Source of the DNA: a virus | Taxonomy: Duplodnaviria; Heunggongvirae; Uroviricota; Caudoviricetes | Reading direction: 5' to 3' (one strand) | DNA length: 60,235 nt | IMG/VR virus record: IMGVR_UViG_3300045007_000064 | Coordinates: 1-60,235 of that record | Notes under the pieces: generated by a model | What the model was told of the DNA's origin: nothing | Database searches by the model: none | Seen by the model: the letters and a program-made list of their open reading frames with translations, nothing else | Shown here: positions 50,281-59,306 of the stretch, in pieces | How the letters are laid out: every line of letters starts with the position of its first letter | How positions within the stretch are numbered: position 1 is the stretch's first letter | Program-made: the position numbers and the translations under genes

Positions 50281-50429
50281 TGGAAGGTTCCTTTCAGGAC
50301 GGCAGAAAAGTACTCATGAAGAGCCTCGTACTGCGCTTCACCGATGTACAGATTGTCCACGGTGATCGCCAGCGTCCCGGGTGTCTCCCGCACGGCTAGA
50401 CCGTTGGAGGCTACGAATTCTTTGCTCAT
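50277..50429 (-). CDS. 50-aa hypothetical protein
   Basis: leaderless TTGACG-17-TACGTT-6-ATG; GTGA overlap with pnuC. Confidence 0.65.
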   Translation of the reverse strand: MSKEFVASNGLAVRETPGTLAITVDNLYIGEAQYEALHEYFSAVLKGTFQ

Positions 50430-50450
50430 GCCTCCAACGTAGCAGCTATC

Positions 50451-50633
50451 TTAGCTGCCGTCAAGCCTCGGACCCAAGGTTCCACAGAAGACGCAGACGG
50501 CACGATCCGCACCCACCGCCACCTGGAATCGGTGGAGGGAGCGCGGACCGTTCGGTACGCCCTTATCGCACGGAAGCTGAGTAAAGTTGGCGCTGTTACT
50601 CAGATGTGTGTTGACCATACTAACGTCGGACAT
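50451..50633 (-). CDS. small protein with C..H...CVFC
   Basis: 60-aa ORF. Confidence 0.6.
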   Translation of the reverse strand: MSDVSMVNTHLSNSANFTQLPCDKGVPNGPRSLHRFQVAVGADRAVCVFCGTLGPRLDGS

Positions 50634-50808
50634 GCTGCCCCCAGATTTGAAGAGACTTCAGGGTAATGGACTTCTCGGTAGACTCATCGAGGTAATACGG
50701 CCCTGTTCCGTAGAGAACTACCTCAAAGTCGTCGGGAATACCTGATCCCCGAAGGATTCGAGCGGTAAGATGTCCTTCGTCTACCCAGCGCAGGGCGCGG
50801 TCAGTCAT
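50620..50808 (-). CDS. hypothetical protein
   Basis: coupled ORF. Confidence 0.6.
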   Translation of the reverse strand: MTDRALRWVDEGHLTARILRGSGIPDDFEVVLYGTGPYYLDESTEKSITLKSLQIWGQHVRR

Positions 50809-50989
50809 CGTCCCGCACCCGTACAACGCCGCCGACGAACCAGTTATCCTGCTCGGCCTCGTAGCCGTGCGGGAGGCTGATCTGTGCCGGGTAGTGGCGG
50901 TCGATGGCCTTCTCCGAGGCCTCGTCCGCGTCGTCTGCCTCTACGAAGACGCTACGGTAAAGCGGGGTCTCGAATACAACTTCAAACAT
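50801..50989 (-). CDS. small acidic protein
   Basis: EA.D..EA pattern; GAGGAAG RBS. Confidence 0.7.
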   Translation of the reverse strand: MFEVVFETPLYRSVFVEADDADEASEKAIDRHYPAQISLPHGYEAEQDNWFVGGVVRVRDDD

Positions 50990-51170
50990 TGCCACGGTTC
51001 TTGGCTTCCTCTCGGGCCTTAAGAAGCTTCGCGTCCCAGTACAGCCAGTACGAGGGGACCGTGTACAGCATGAAGAAATCACGCATTCCACGGAAGAAGA
51101 TTCTCTTAATTCGGTTCATAGAAACAACTGTAGCTGATGGATCGGAGCCTGTCAACATACTCACTCCCAT
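50982..51170 (-). CDS. hypothetical protein
   Basis: start uncertain. Confidence 0.55.
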   Translation of the reverse strand: MGVSMLTGSDPSATVVSMNRIKRIFFRGMRDFFMLYTVPSYWLYWDAKLLKAREEAKNRGNV

Positions 51171-52432
51171 CCAGAATCAACGTTCGCCTTAGGCCAGACG
51201 GACCGAATACGGTTCTTCACGGCGTCCGACAGCTCTCGGTCAACAGACGCATTGTGCTTACCGAGAAGCTGACGAACGGACCCATCCGGGGCCAGTTCGA
51301 TATTCGACACCATGTCTTCGCCCTTCATCACGGCAAAGAGAAGAGTCGATCCGTCAGCGGCTTGGTGTCCGTAACCGCTGATGCAGTTATGCATACGATT
51401 ACTCCAGTCGAAAAGCTCCTTCGTGCTCTTCGGGGCGATGATGGAGAACCCGTTATCCTCACCAAGAAACTTCTCAGCCTGCTCCTTGAGCACGATTTCT
51501 CGGTCTGCCGTCTCGATTCTTCTGAAGATACGAGGGGCAACCGTGTCGTGTAGGTCGCGCAGGTCACGGAAACCGACATCTTGCAGCGTTTCCATGTTCC
51601 GGAAACTGTCCCGGAACAACATGGTGAATTCCTCGTCTGGATTTCTGGTTAGTCTCCGGAGCTGAGTCTCGGTGCCTGTACGGAGGAATCTCCGTAGCTC
51701 TCGCAAGCCATCTCTTGTCCTGAAGAGAGAGTCTATGTCTCGTACGGTATCGATCTGAGCCTCAAGAATGCTCACGATCCAGTCCGTAGGAACGATGCCC
51801 TGGAACGTCATGACGATCTGGAGTGCCAACGTCCGCTTCGCGTGAGCACTGCCGTATCGGGAGGGCTGCATACCTGCCAGCGCGCGAGGCACCCCCTTCT
51901 GGAAGTGCTTACCCAAAATCTGCCGAGACAAACCCGTCACCGTCTCGTTTCGGAGAAGGTTAGGGACGCCAGGGGACATCGGGTCGAAGTCGGGAAGTAG
52001 AGGGAACTCCTTCTCGACAAGTGCTTTCATGGACTCGAACCCGAGATGCTTGGCCCCCACGTCCATCAGCTCGACCTCGCGCCGGTAGTACCGAGCGTCG
52101 TCTTGAATCGCGTCGAGGAACAGAGGCAACCTGTTCCGAACTGGCCCCATCTTTGATCTACCAGAACGGCGACCTCTGATGTCCCGAGGCACAATTCGTT
52201 CCTTGGAGTAGACCGCGAGCTTTCCCGTCTTCATCGAGTAAAACTCTACCCTGGTTTCCTGGAATCGGCTCCACGTCTTCCCGTTGTCCTCTCGGACTCC
52301 AGAACTGCGGTCGGAGTGGGCGACCATAAACCCAGAGGGAGTAGTGAAGACAGAACTCCATTTTTCCGGCATATACATCCCTGAGGCGGAAGTGATGCTG
52401 TCAGAGTCCTTCCGGTAGAGCAACATGGTCAT
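51161..52432 (-). CDS. PcfJ-like domain protein
   Basis: PKSTKELFDWSNRMHNCISGY...IEL...VRQLLGKHN. Confidence 0.8.
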   Translation of the reverse strand: MTMLLYRKDSDSITSASGMYMPEKWSSVFTTPSGFMVAHSDRSSGVREDNGKTWSRFQETRVEFYSMKTGKLAVYSKERIVPRDIRGRRSGRSKMGPVRNRLPLFLDAIQDDARYYRREVELMDVGAKHLGFESMKALVEKEFPLLPDFDPMSPGVPNLLRNETVTGLSRQILGKHFQKGVPRALAGMQPSRYGSAHAKRTLALQIVMTFQGIVPTDWIVSILEAQIDTVRDIDSLFRTRDGLRELRRFLRTGTETQLRRLTRNPDEEFTMLFRDSFRNMETLQDVGFRDLRDLHDTVAPRIFRRIETADREIVLKEQAEKFLGEDNGFSIIAPKSTKELFDWSNRMHNCISGYGHQAADGSTLLFAVMKGEDMVSNIELAPDGSVRQLLGKHNASVDRELSDAVKNRIRSVWPKANVDSGWE

Positions 52433-52794
52433 GCGTAGCGCTCGATCCCGTAGTTGGCACCCTTCTTCACGGCAATCCAGGTCGCGGTAACGACACCCTT
52501 GATGAGGTCGCTCTGGCTGATCATCTCCACGAGCGTCTGTCCGAAGAAGGGGTAGTAGGTCCCGGTGTTGACATCCTGGAACCAGAACCGCGCAGCGGAA
52601 CGTCCGCGCTCCAGGGACATGATCTTCAGAGTCGCCTCGAAGGGTTCATTGTCCCGGTAAGTAACGCCAGAGGCGGGGTGCTCCGGTTCTCCGAAGGTGT
52701 ACTCCAGAAGAGCCGGGAACTCTTCGATCTTGTTGCCCACCCACATACGCTTCGTGCCGTAAGGGACTTCCTTGAGGCTATTCTTCTTGGGCAT
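52429..52794 (-). CDS. hypothetical protein
   Basis: GGAGAAG RBS; ATGA overlap. Confidence 0.75.
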   Translation of the reverse strand: MPKKNSLKEVPYGTKRMWVGNKIEEFPALLEYTFGEPEHPASGVTYRDNEPFEATLKIMSLERGRSAARFWFQDVNTGTYYPFFGQTLVEMISQSDLIKGVVTATWIAVKKGANYGIERYA

Positions 52795-52969
52795 TTTCTT
52801 CTCCAGGATGTAGGATGGACATATCAGAATGGTCTTGAATCAAGGGCTTCCCGTCCAGTCCAAGGAGCCGGGGACGGGAAGGGGCCTGGGACCCGAAGTG
52901 GAAAATCTCTTTCCCTGGTGTGTAATACACCGCTCCGGACCCCAGGCCACTTCTCGGGTCTCTGGTCAT
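52778..52969 (-). CDS. hypothetical protein
   Basis: TGATG coupling. Confidence 0.5.
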   Translation of the reverse strand: MTRDPRSGLGSGAVYYTPGKEIFHFGSQAPSRPRLLGLDGKPLIQDHSDMSILHPGEENAQEE

Positions 52970-54519
52970 CAGACGATGTGACCCAGGTTCGCTCGGACCT
53001 CAGCGAAGGTCTGCGTCTTGACGAACTTGCCGTCCTCCCAGACCGTGCGGAGCTGGTCGAACTCGGTGCCCTCGGTCTCGGCTCCGGTGTGCTTCGTCGT
53101 GCTGTCCACGAGGAAGTAGCCGACGCTTCCGTCTTCCTTCTCGTAACCGGCGACCGCAATGCGACCGCGAGCCGACTTCTTGGTACCGTTGTCCGTGGCG
53201 GGGTCCTTGTAGATGTCGATGCCCTTTCCGTTGACCTGAATCCAGGTCGCCTTCATGGCACTCATGAACGTGTCACGGGTCTGGTACTGGTAGGTGAACG
53301 AGCCGACACCGAACACCACGTTGGTGCTGGCGAAGCCCTTGGCCTCCAGACGCTCCATGATCGCCTTGGCGCGGTCGTAGGTGATCGAGTCACCGTAGAT
53401 GACGCCGATGTGCGAGTCCAGAACCTTGTAGCCCTGCTCGGTGACGGTGCCGCCGAAGGTGTCCCACAGCAGCTCCACGACGCCCTTCTTGGAGGCAGAG
53501 CGCCCCGGGGAGGCCATAAGGGACTCTGTGTTGTCACGGTACTGGGAGTGGAATTCCTGGGTCCCCGTCAGGATGTCCACGGGGTCGCCCGAGTCAGGGC
53601 GGATGACGAGCTTGCCGTCACGCGCCATGATCTGATCCTTCAGCTCCGGCAGGACGTTTGTGAGGACGTTCCACAGGTCGTAGCTGTCGGAAACCGCCGA
53701 GAGAATTCCCTTGGGGTTGACGGCGAGCATGCGGCGGAAGTAGCCCAGCTCATCCTCGGGACCGAACGCGGTCGCGACCGAGTGCTCCGTGGCGGGGACC
53801 GATCCGATGACCAGGCCGTCAGCAGGACCGTAGTAGTCCTGCGCGGTCGGGAGAACGTTCAGGTTGTCCGAGCCGGTGAAGCTGAGCGCGTGACCCAGGC
53901 CCGACAGCGCGGCGGCGTGAACGCCAGCCATGCCACGGAAGCTGAAGTCGTGACCCTGCCACTCGACGCCCGCCGTGGAGCCGGTCGTCTTGACCGCGTG
54001 CTCGTCCAGGAGCTTGCGGAAGCGGTCAGCGATGGTGGCGCTCGTTGCGGCCTGCCAGACCTCAGCCGACATCGGGGTCTCGATGTAGTTCGTCAGCCAG
54101 TAGAAGTCCGGGTGGGTGTTCTCGACCGTGAACTTGGGAACACGGAGCGGAACCTTGACGCCCTCGGGGAGCGAGCGGAAGCGGAGCGGCAGGTATCCGA
54201 GACGGTGGAGCGCACGGATGTGCTCGACGCCGACACCCACGGCGATGTCCGGGGTCAGGATGGAGTCGAGGAAGTTCGCGTACTGCTCTGCGACCTCATC
54301 CTCGGTCGCCGCGAAGAACGGCTCCCACTTCTCGGTGATCCACGAGTGGAGGAACGCCTGAAGACCGAAGTGAACGGTCTCCTCCACGCCCTCGATGCGC
54401 GAGCCACGGTCGGTGAAGTTGGAGAGGACGTACTCGGTGCCCTCGGGATACATGTGGATGTGTCCCAGCTTGTAGGCATCGGTCTCGGTGAGAGGACGGA
54501 TTGCGTCGAAGTTGCTCAT
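52969..54519 (-). CDS. NAMPT-like protein (nicotinamide phosphoribosyltransferase or Namat)
   Basis: TDAYKLGH, WLTNYIET, HDFSFRG, SVPATEHSV, VSDSYD, VIRPDSGDP, IYGDSIT, KDPATDNGTKKSARG. Confidence 0.92.
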   Translation of the reverse strand: MSNFDAIRPLTETDAYKLGHIHMYPEGTEYVLSNFTDRGSRIEGVEETVHFGLQAFLHSWITEKWEPFFAATEDEVAEQYANFLDSILTPDIAVGVGVEHIRALHRLGYLPLRFRSLPEGVKVPLRVPKFTVENTHPDFYWLTNYIETPMSAEVWQAATSATIADRFRKLLDEHAVKTTGSTAGVEWQGHDFSFRGMAGVHAAALSGLGHALSFTGSDNLNVLPTAQDYYGPADGLVIGSVPATEHSVATAFGPEDELGYFRRMLAVNPKGILSAVSDSYDLWNVLTNVLPELKDQIMARDGKLVIRPDSGDPVDILTGTQEFHSQYRDNTESLMASPGRSASKKGVVELLWDTFGGTVTEQGYKVLDSHIGVIYGDSITYDRAKAIMERLEAKGFASTNVVFGVGSFTYQYQTRDTFMSAMKATWIQVNGKGIDIYKDPATDNGTKKSARGRIAVAGYEKEDGSVGYFLVDSTTKHTGAETEGTEFDQLRTVWEDGKFVKTQTFAEVRANLGHIV

Positions 54520-54572
54520 GGGAGCCTTTCTGTCGTTGATAGTTTCAGACTACACCCTCGAAGGGAAGCTTG

Positions 54573-54764
54573 TCAAGCCCCGGGAAGACCCATTACCTCG
54601 TCAACGTCGATGCACCCGGCATCGATGAGACGTTCCGCCATGACGACATGCTCAGGTTCGACAGGGTGGTGAATACCCTCCCCGTCCCCGATGAGCACCC
54701 GGGCTACCCGGGTCCGTAGTTGGCGGTAGCCGCTCTGAGTCAGTTCAGACGCTTTGGTTCCCAT
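54573..54764 (-). CDS. hypothetical protein
   Basis: AAGGA RBS. Confidence 0.65.
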   Translation of the reverse strand: MGTKASELTQSGYRQLRTRVARVLIGDGEGIHHPVEPEHVVMAERLIDAGCIDVDEVMGLPGA

Positions 54765-54773
54765 TGTTGTTCC

Positions 54774-54974
54774 TTAATTCCAGATTTCCCACGGCCAGAG
54801 GATTCCGTCCGGGGTCCAACACAGTTCCGACTTACCGCCGAACATGAATCCGCCGCGCTCCGCACACTCATTCAGGTACGGGATGCCCCAGAATACCCAG
54901 ACGAGAACCGCGGTTACGAGGAGAAGTCCCAAGATGACCTTATACCGGTGCTTGCTCCAGAACGAGTCCTTCAT
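54774..54974 (-). CDS. small membrane protein (TM plus C...GG...C)
   Basis: ATGA overlap. Confidence 0.7.
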   Translation of the reverse strand: MKDSFWSKHRYKVILGLLLVTAVLVWVFWGIPYLNECAERGGFMFGGKSELCWTPDGILWPWEIWN

Positions 54975-55870
54975 GGCAGGATTTCCTGGTCGAGATACGG
55001 CACGATCTTGTGGACCTTCAGGCGGGTGCCGACAGGCCAGTCAATGCTGGTGCCCTGGACAACCGAATCCTCCATGAAGTACGAGTCGGTCGTGTGGATC
55101 GTACCGAAGTGCTCCAGAAGAGCATCGATACCCTTCGAGAAAATGCCGTGCGTGACCCAGAGGTCCACGCGGTCCTTCGGGAGACCGGTCGCCTCAGCGA
55201 GGCCGATGAACGTACCGCCGCCGTCACAGATGTCATCCACGACCAGCAGCTTGCCCTCGTCGGGAAGCGCATCGACCATGTGGAATCCGGACAGCTTGCC
55301 GGTCTTCTCGTCTCGGGTCTTGCCCGCCTGGTAGACGGGCACCCCCATGAGGCGCGCGGCGCGGTTGGCTCGGTCGTGTGCGCCCTTGTCCGGAGCGATG
55401 ACACCCACGTAGGTGCTCGGGCGGGTGTCGTGGTAGCCGTCCTGAATCTGGCTCTTGATAAGCCGCTCCACCGGGTAGACGGTGAGGTTGCGCAGGGCAT
55501 CCTCGAAGTAGCCGAGAGCCGCCTCGGAGTGCGGATCGAGGGTGATGGTCTGGTCGGGATTGACCAGCTCACCCAGGAACTCGGAGTAGACGCGAGCGCC
55601 GATGACATCGCCTCGGTCCTGGCGAGCACCAGGAAGGTACGGGAGGATCAGCACGGTCTCCTCGCCGCGAGCGGCGCACAGCTCCGCCCACATGGCGAGC
55701 ATGAAGAGCTGATCGTGCGAGTGTCCCTGGACGATGGCGATCTGGTGGGAGAAGATACCACGAGGGGCCTCGGTCTCCTGGATGTGAACGGCCCCGTCCG
55801 GGAACACGATGGGCTTGAACGGTGCATCGACCATGAAGCCGTTGACGGTCTTGGCGCGGAAGGTGATCAC
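54971..55870 (-). CDS. ribose-phosphate pyrophosphokinase-like protein (Prs or Adps)
   Basis: FPDG, ILPYLPGARQDR, LDPHS, IAPDKGA, VVDDICDGGGTF, VTHGIFS. Confidence 0.9.
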   Translation of the reverse strand: MITFRAKTVNGFMVDAPFKPIVFPDGAVHIQETEAPRGIFSHQIAIVQGHSHDQLFMLAMWAELCAARGEETVLILPYLPGARQDRGDVIGARVYSEFLGELVNPDQTITLDPHSEAALGYFEDALRNLTVYPVERLIKSQIQDGYHDTRPSTYVGVIAPDKGAHDRANRAARLMGVPVYQAGKTRDEKTGKLSGFHMVDALPDEGKLLVVDDICDGGGTFIGLAEATGLPKDRVDLWVTHGIFSKGIDALLEHFGTIHTTDSYFMEDSVVQGTSIDWPVGTRLKVHKIVPYLDQEILP

Positions 55871-56124
55871 GGGGTCTCGTCTTCCTTTGTGGTAGGCGTG
55901 ACGCTGACGATGTTGTTGGTGAGGTTCACGATCAGCTCATTGGTCTGACGGGTGGCGAAGAAGATCAGAACGAAGACGTAGAGGAGTCCCGAATACGCGA
56001 GAATGGAACCGATGGACGAGAACAGCGGAATACCAAAGGCCCCGATGATAATCGCGACAATGGCGGCGAGCGCGATACCCAGAAGAATGTACCGGTCGGT
56101 GTTGGTGATTGCTGGCTTGATCAT
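55867..56124 (-). CDS. membrane protein (2 TM)
   Basis: leaderless TTGACA-17-TAAGCT-6-ATG. Confidence 0.8.
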   Translation of the reverse strand: MIKPAITNTDRYILLGIALAAIVAIIIGAFGIPLFSSIGSILAYSGLLYVFVLIFFATRQTNELIVNLTNNIVSVTPTTKEDETP

Positions 56125-56133
56125 GGTTCTAGC

Positions 56134-56469
56134 TTACTCGTCTTCCTCGTCGGTGTCAAGGCTCTTATGAAGTTCTTCCAGGTCGCGACGGTCGAACTCG
56201 GCATCGAGTCGATCCAGCAGGAGCCGGAGACCGGCAACATCGTCCCGGTCGAAGATGTGGATGCGGTCGAGACCCGCCTTCTCCAGGGTCCAGGCGGTGT
56301 TGATACGCGCCTCGTGACCGATGATCGCCTCCCCGAGGTTGTCTACCTGGGAGAACTGCGGTGCGGTCGGCTTCGTGGCGTACCAGACATCGACAAAGCG
56401 TGGCCGGTTCCCCTCCTCGTCAGGTGTGCCGAAGTACTCGTAGCTCACGTCGATGTAATTGTCTGTCAT
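56134..56469 (-). CDS. acidic hypothetical protein
   Basis: GAGGG RBS. Confidence 0.75.
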   Translation of the reverse strand: MTDNYIDVSYEYFGTPDEEGNRPRFVDVWYATKPTAPQFSQVDNLGEAIIGHEARINTAWTLEKAGLDRIHIFDRDDVAGLRLLLDRLDAEFDRRDLEELHKSLDTDEEDE

Positions 56470-56485
56470 AGTGCTCGCCCTCGTG

Positions 56486-56794
56486 TCAGCGCTGTTCGTC
56501 ATTGTAGTAGTCTCCGATCTGGTAGGACTCAAACGTGCCGTAGGAGACGTACACGTACCCAGTATCGCCGTCCTGGTCCTTGATGTCAAATCGGTAGTCC
56601 TCGTCGTCCGTGTGGATGATCGGGACCTGGGAGATACACATGCCGTCCTTGTTGTATCCGGCACAGATCATCTGAACCCAGGTGCTCTCCGGTTCGATCA
56701 CCTTGTCCGTGATCGTACCCGCGCTGATGGAGGAGCCGCAGCCCGTAAGAAGTACCGCCAAGGCCACGAAGGCAGGGGCGAAGAGTCGTTTCAT
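56486..56794 (-). CDS. lipoprotein
   Basis: signal peptide with lipobox LTGC. Confidence 0.8.
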   Translation of the reverse strand: MKRLFAPAFVALAVLLTGCGSSISAGTITDKVIEPESTWVQMICAGYNKDGMCISQVPIIHTDDEDYRFDIKDQDGDTGYVYVSYGTFESYQIGDYYNDEQR

Positions 56795-56796
56795 GC

Positions 56797-57195
56797 TTAG
56801 GACTCTACGCTGAGAACCCCGCCGTTGTCAAGATACCGGATCACAGGGATGCCCGCTTTCGTGGCCTGACCTGCGGTATGTGTGGCTCCCTTGGACCCAT
56901 CCTTGATGAACGCGAGGCAGACATCGGCTCCAAGATCGACCATAAGCTGGTTCCGGATGAATCCGGCTGCACGGCCCTCGTTCTCCCAATCAGCCGCATG
57001 AGGCTCCTCCACCGCCCAGGAGACTGATCGTGCGATATCTCGGGCCATGCGGTCGGCTCCTCGGGAGGCATCACCATGGACGATGATAATCTCCTCTTGA
57101 ACAGGGCAATTCTCCTTCACCCAGTTGAAAATAGCCAGGTAGATAGCCTCTTTAGATTCCCAGGTCCGAGACCCAGTGATGAGAATCCGCTTCAC
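56797..57195 (-). CDS. YspA/SLOG-family (DUF2493-like) protein
   Basis: RILITGSRTW, IVHGDASRGAD, AGFIRNQLM, GSKGATHT. Confidence 0.85.
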   Translation of the reverse strand: MKRILITGSRTWESKEAIYLAIFNWVKENCPVQEEIIIVHGDASRGADRMARDIARSVSWAVEEPHAADWENEGRAAGFIRNQLMVDLGADVCLAFIKDGSKGATHTAGQATKAGIPVIRYLDNGGVLSVES

Positions 57196-57407
57196 GGGAG
57201 GTCTACTCCCATAACACCGGCAGTCCAGGCACCCTCTAGTTCCTCCATAAACCAATGAGAATTGAAGACCTTGCGGGCCTGTCGTCGGTAGCTCGTCTTG
57301 ACTGGCTCGATGGCCTGCTCCCAGGGAACATCTTCCGCCTGGTGCTCATTCAGGTCAATCTCGTACAGATTACGAGCAAGGGCTTCTTCTCGGATGGAAA
57401 CGTTCAC
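57192..57407 (-). CDS. hypothetical protein
   Basis: GTGA overlaps. Confidence 0.7.
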   Translation of the reverse strand: MNVSIREEALARNLYEIDLNEHQAEDVPWEQAIEPVKTSYRRQARKVFNSHWFMEELEGAWTAGVMGVDLP

Positions 57408-58111
57408 AACTTCTCCCAGGGTGAGGGGTAGGGGAACTTCGACTCTACCAGACTCCGCGTCTTTTTGAAACTGTTCTCGTCGGTGGAAAGGAAGTCCAGC
57501 GGTCCCTTAATCGTATACTGAGAATGGTGCTTCACATCCTCCCTCTGGAGGTGGGGTCCGGAGGGTAGCCGCGAGAGGTTACCGTAGAGCGTACGCCAGA
57601 TAGGCGGGTGATCGTGGTTCAAAACCTCGGATGCCTCGTCCAGAATCCGTAGCATCTCGGTCCCGTTGATCTTCATCGGGATATGCAGCTCATAGTGCAT
57701 CGGGAACTTGATGCCCTGCATGCGGAGGTAGGTCAGTGTGTCCCGGAAGACTTGCTTGCGTGGCGCAGACCTCGGGTCCCCCATCGATTCCCGGATGTGC
57801 TTCTCCAGAGGCTTCCAGAACCAGACGGGGAAAGGGTCTGGCCAGGTGTCCATAACGAAGAAGTCGTCATTCCACACCCAGAAGTCTCCCGGCTCGTACT
57901 CCGCCGCGGTGCGGATGTTGTGAAGACTATTCTGGAATCGATTCTCGTAGGGGTTACCAGGAAGCAGTCTGACCTTATCCAGGTCCACCCAGTCCGGGGC
58001 ACTGCCGATGATCGTCACATCGCCCGGAGGAGCGTACTCGTGGAGGGACCGTAGGCTGAAGCGAAGCTCCTCCGACTCGCCCTCTTTGACGTAGTAGATG
58101 TGGTGGGTCAT
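57404..58111 (-). CDS. Stealth/glycosyltransferase-like protein
   Basis: EELRFSLRSL..YAP...IIG..PDW and WNDDFF; leaderless. Confidence 0.65.
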   Translation of the reverse strand: MTHHIYYVKEGESEELRFSLRSLHEYAPPGDVTIIGSAPDWVDLDKVRLLPGNPYENRFQNSLHNIRTAAEYEPGDFWVWNDDFFVMDTWPDPFPVWFWKPLEKHIRESMGDPRSAPRKQVFRDTLTYLRMQGIKFPMHYELHIPMKINGTEMLRILDEASEVLNHDHPPIWRTLYGNLSRLPSGPHLQREDVKHHSQYTIKGPLDFLSTDENSFKKTRSLVESKFPYPSPWEKL

Positions 58112-58126
58112 GGATTCACCATACCA

Positions 58127-58160
58127 GAAAAGCGGCCCCCTCGGAAGGGGACCGCTTCTC
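58127..58160 (-). terminator. terminator after rIIB
   Basis: GCGGTCCCC/GGGGGCCGC stem followed by TTTTC. Confidence 0.8.
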
Positions 58161-58167
58161 AGGTTGG

Positions 58168-59253
58168 TCAGAGCTTGTAGCCCAGCTCGTTCGCTGCGGC
58201 CTCGAACTCATCGCGGCGACCTGCCGTGATGCGCTTGTTCTTGTAGCGCTTCAGGTTGGTGGTCGGGTCGGCCTTCATCAGAGCCGTGATGAGGGCCTTG
58301 TACTCGTCCTTACGGGAGCCTCCCGTAGCCGCGGGGGCCGGGGTCTCGATCTTCCGCTTGGTGACGTTGACCTTGATCGTCTGAGGAGTGTCCTCCTCAG
58401 CCTCCTCAGCCTCCTCGACCTCCGGCTCAGGCAGGCCCAGCTCGGAGAACGAGATGACCGTCTTGTCCCACTTCTTCTTGTCGGGGTTTTCGCTGAGGAC
58501 GATGTACCGGCAGACGCGAATCTTCCGGTCGTTTTCGTCCAGCGGAACCGAGACCACATCGCGCGGGTTGACCAGCACGTTCAGCAGACGCGGTGCGTTG
58601 CTGCCGAGGTAGTAGGCGGCGTAGCTGTGGTCTCCGACGTGTAGCCCTGTGCTACAGGCCGTACGGCGCTGCGGGTCCACCTTGGAGCGCGGAATCTCCA
58701 CGACCGCACCGACGTGGTTCGGGAGGTGGTCGTACTCGTACTCCACACCGTCCACGATACCGGGACCGGCATGCATGGAGGTGCCGTCTGCACGAACGGC
58801 CTTGTAGAGGACCGCATCGCCGTCCGGAGTGATCTGGAGTCCGTGCTTCTCCACGAAGATGAAGAACTCGTCCTGGCCCTTGACAGACGGGTTGGTGGCT
58901 GCCTTCTCCCAGAACTTGAGCCACGCGGCCCACTCTTCCTCGGGAGCGCCGCTGTCCATCACCGAAATGATGTGCGTGGCCAGGCGGTGCGCAGCGAGGT
59001 CACCGTCGAAGAACAGCTTGGTACCCTTCCGAGACACACGCTCGGAGAGCTTCGTGAGCTTCTTGTAGACAGCCTCGAACGGCGCGACAAGCTCCAGCAG
59101 CTCGTCGTCGGAGAGAGTCTGCGTCGGGAAGAGACCCGCAACGACCTTCTCGAAGTTGTCATCGTCAGAGCCGATGGTGTGCGTTCCTCCGTCAGGGAAG
59201 ATGACAGTCACACCGCTGAATTCAGCGTCAGACGTGATGGTGTAGTATGCCAC
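58168..59253 (-). CDS. rIIB: rIIB-like protein
   Basis: NPS...F.F...ITPDG...YKAV...CSTGLH...VNPRDVVSVP.D...K.RVCRY. Confidence 0.88.
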   Translation of the reverse strand: MAYYTITSDAEFSGVTVIFPDGGTHTIGSDDDNFEKVVAGLFPTQTLSDDELLELVAPFEAVYKKLTKLSERVSRKGTKLFFDGDLAAHRLATHIISVMDSGAPEEEWAAWLKFWEKAATNPSVKGQDEFFIFVEKHGLQITPDGDAVLYKAVRADGTSMHAGPGIVDGVEYEYDHLPNHVGAVVEIPRSKVDPQRRTACSTGLHVGDHSYAAYYLGSNAPRLLNVLVNPRDVVSVPLDENDRKIRVCRYIVLSENPDKKKWDKTVISFSELGLPEPEVEEAEEAEEDTPQTIKVNVTKRKIETPAPAATGGSRKDEYKALITALMKADPTTNLKRYKNKRITAGRRDEFEAAANELGYKL

Positions 59254-59306
59254 GGTGGCAGTTCCTTTCGTCGTTAGTTCTATGGTACAGGTTGCCTGTC
59301 AGAATG

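Noticed and set aside
50620-52432. Apparently lower GC suggesting recent horizontal acquisition
   Set aside because: Difference is modest by eye and cannot be quantified here; no flanking repeats or mobility genes.
52678-54672. 664-aa + strand ORF
   Set aside because: Antisense shadow of the NAMPT-like gene, caused by GC-rich codon bias; no motifs or RBS.
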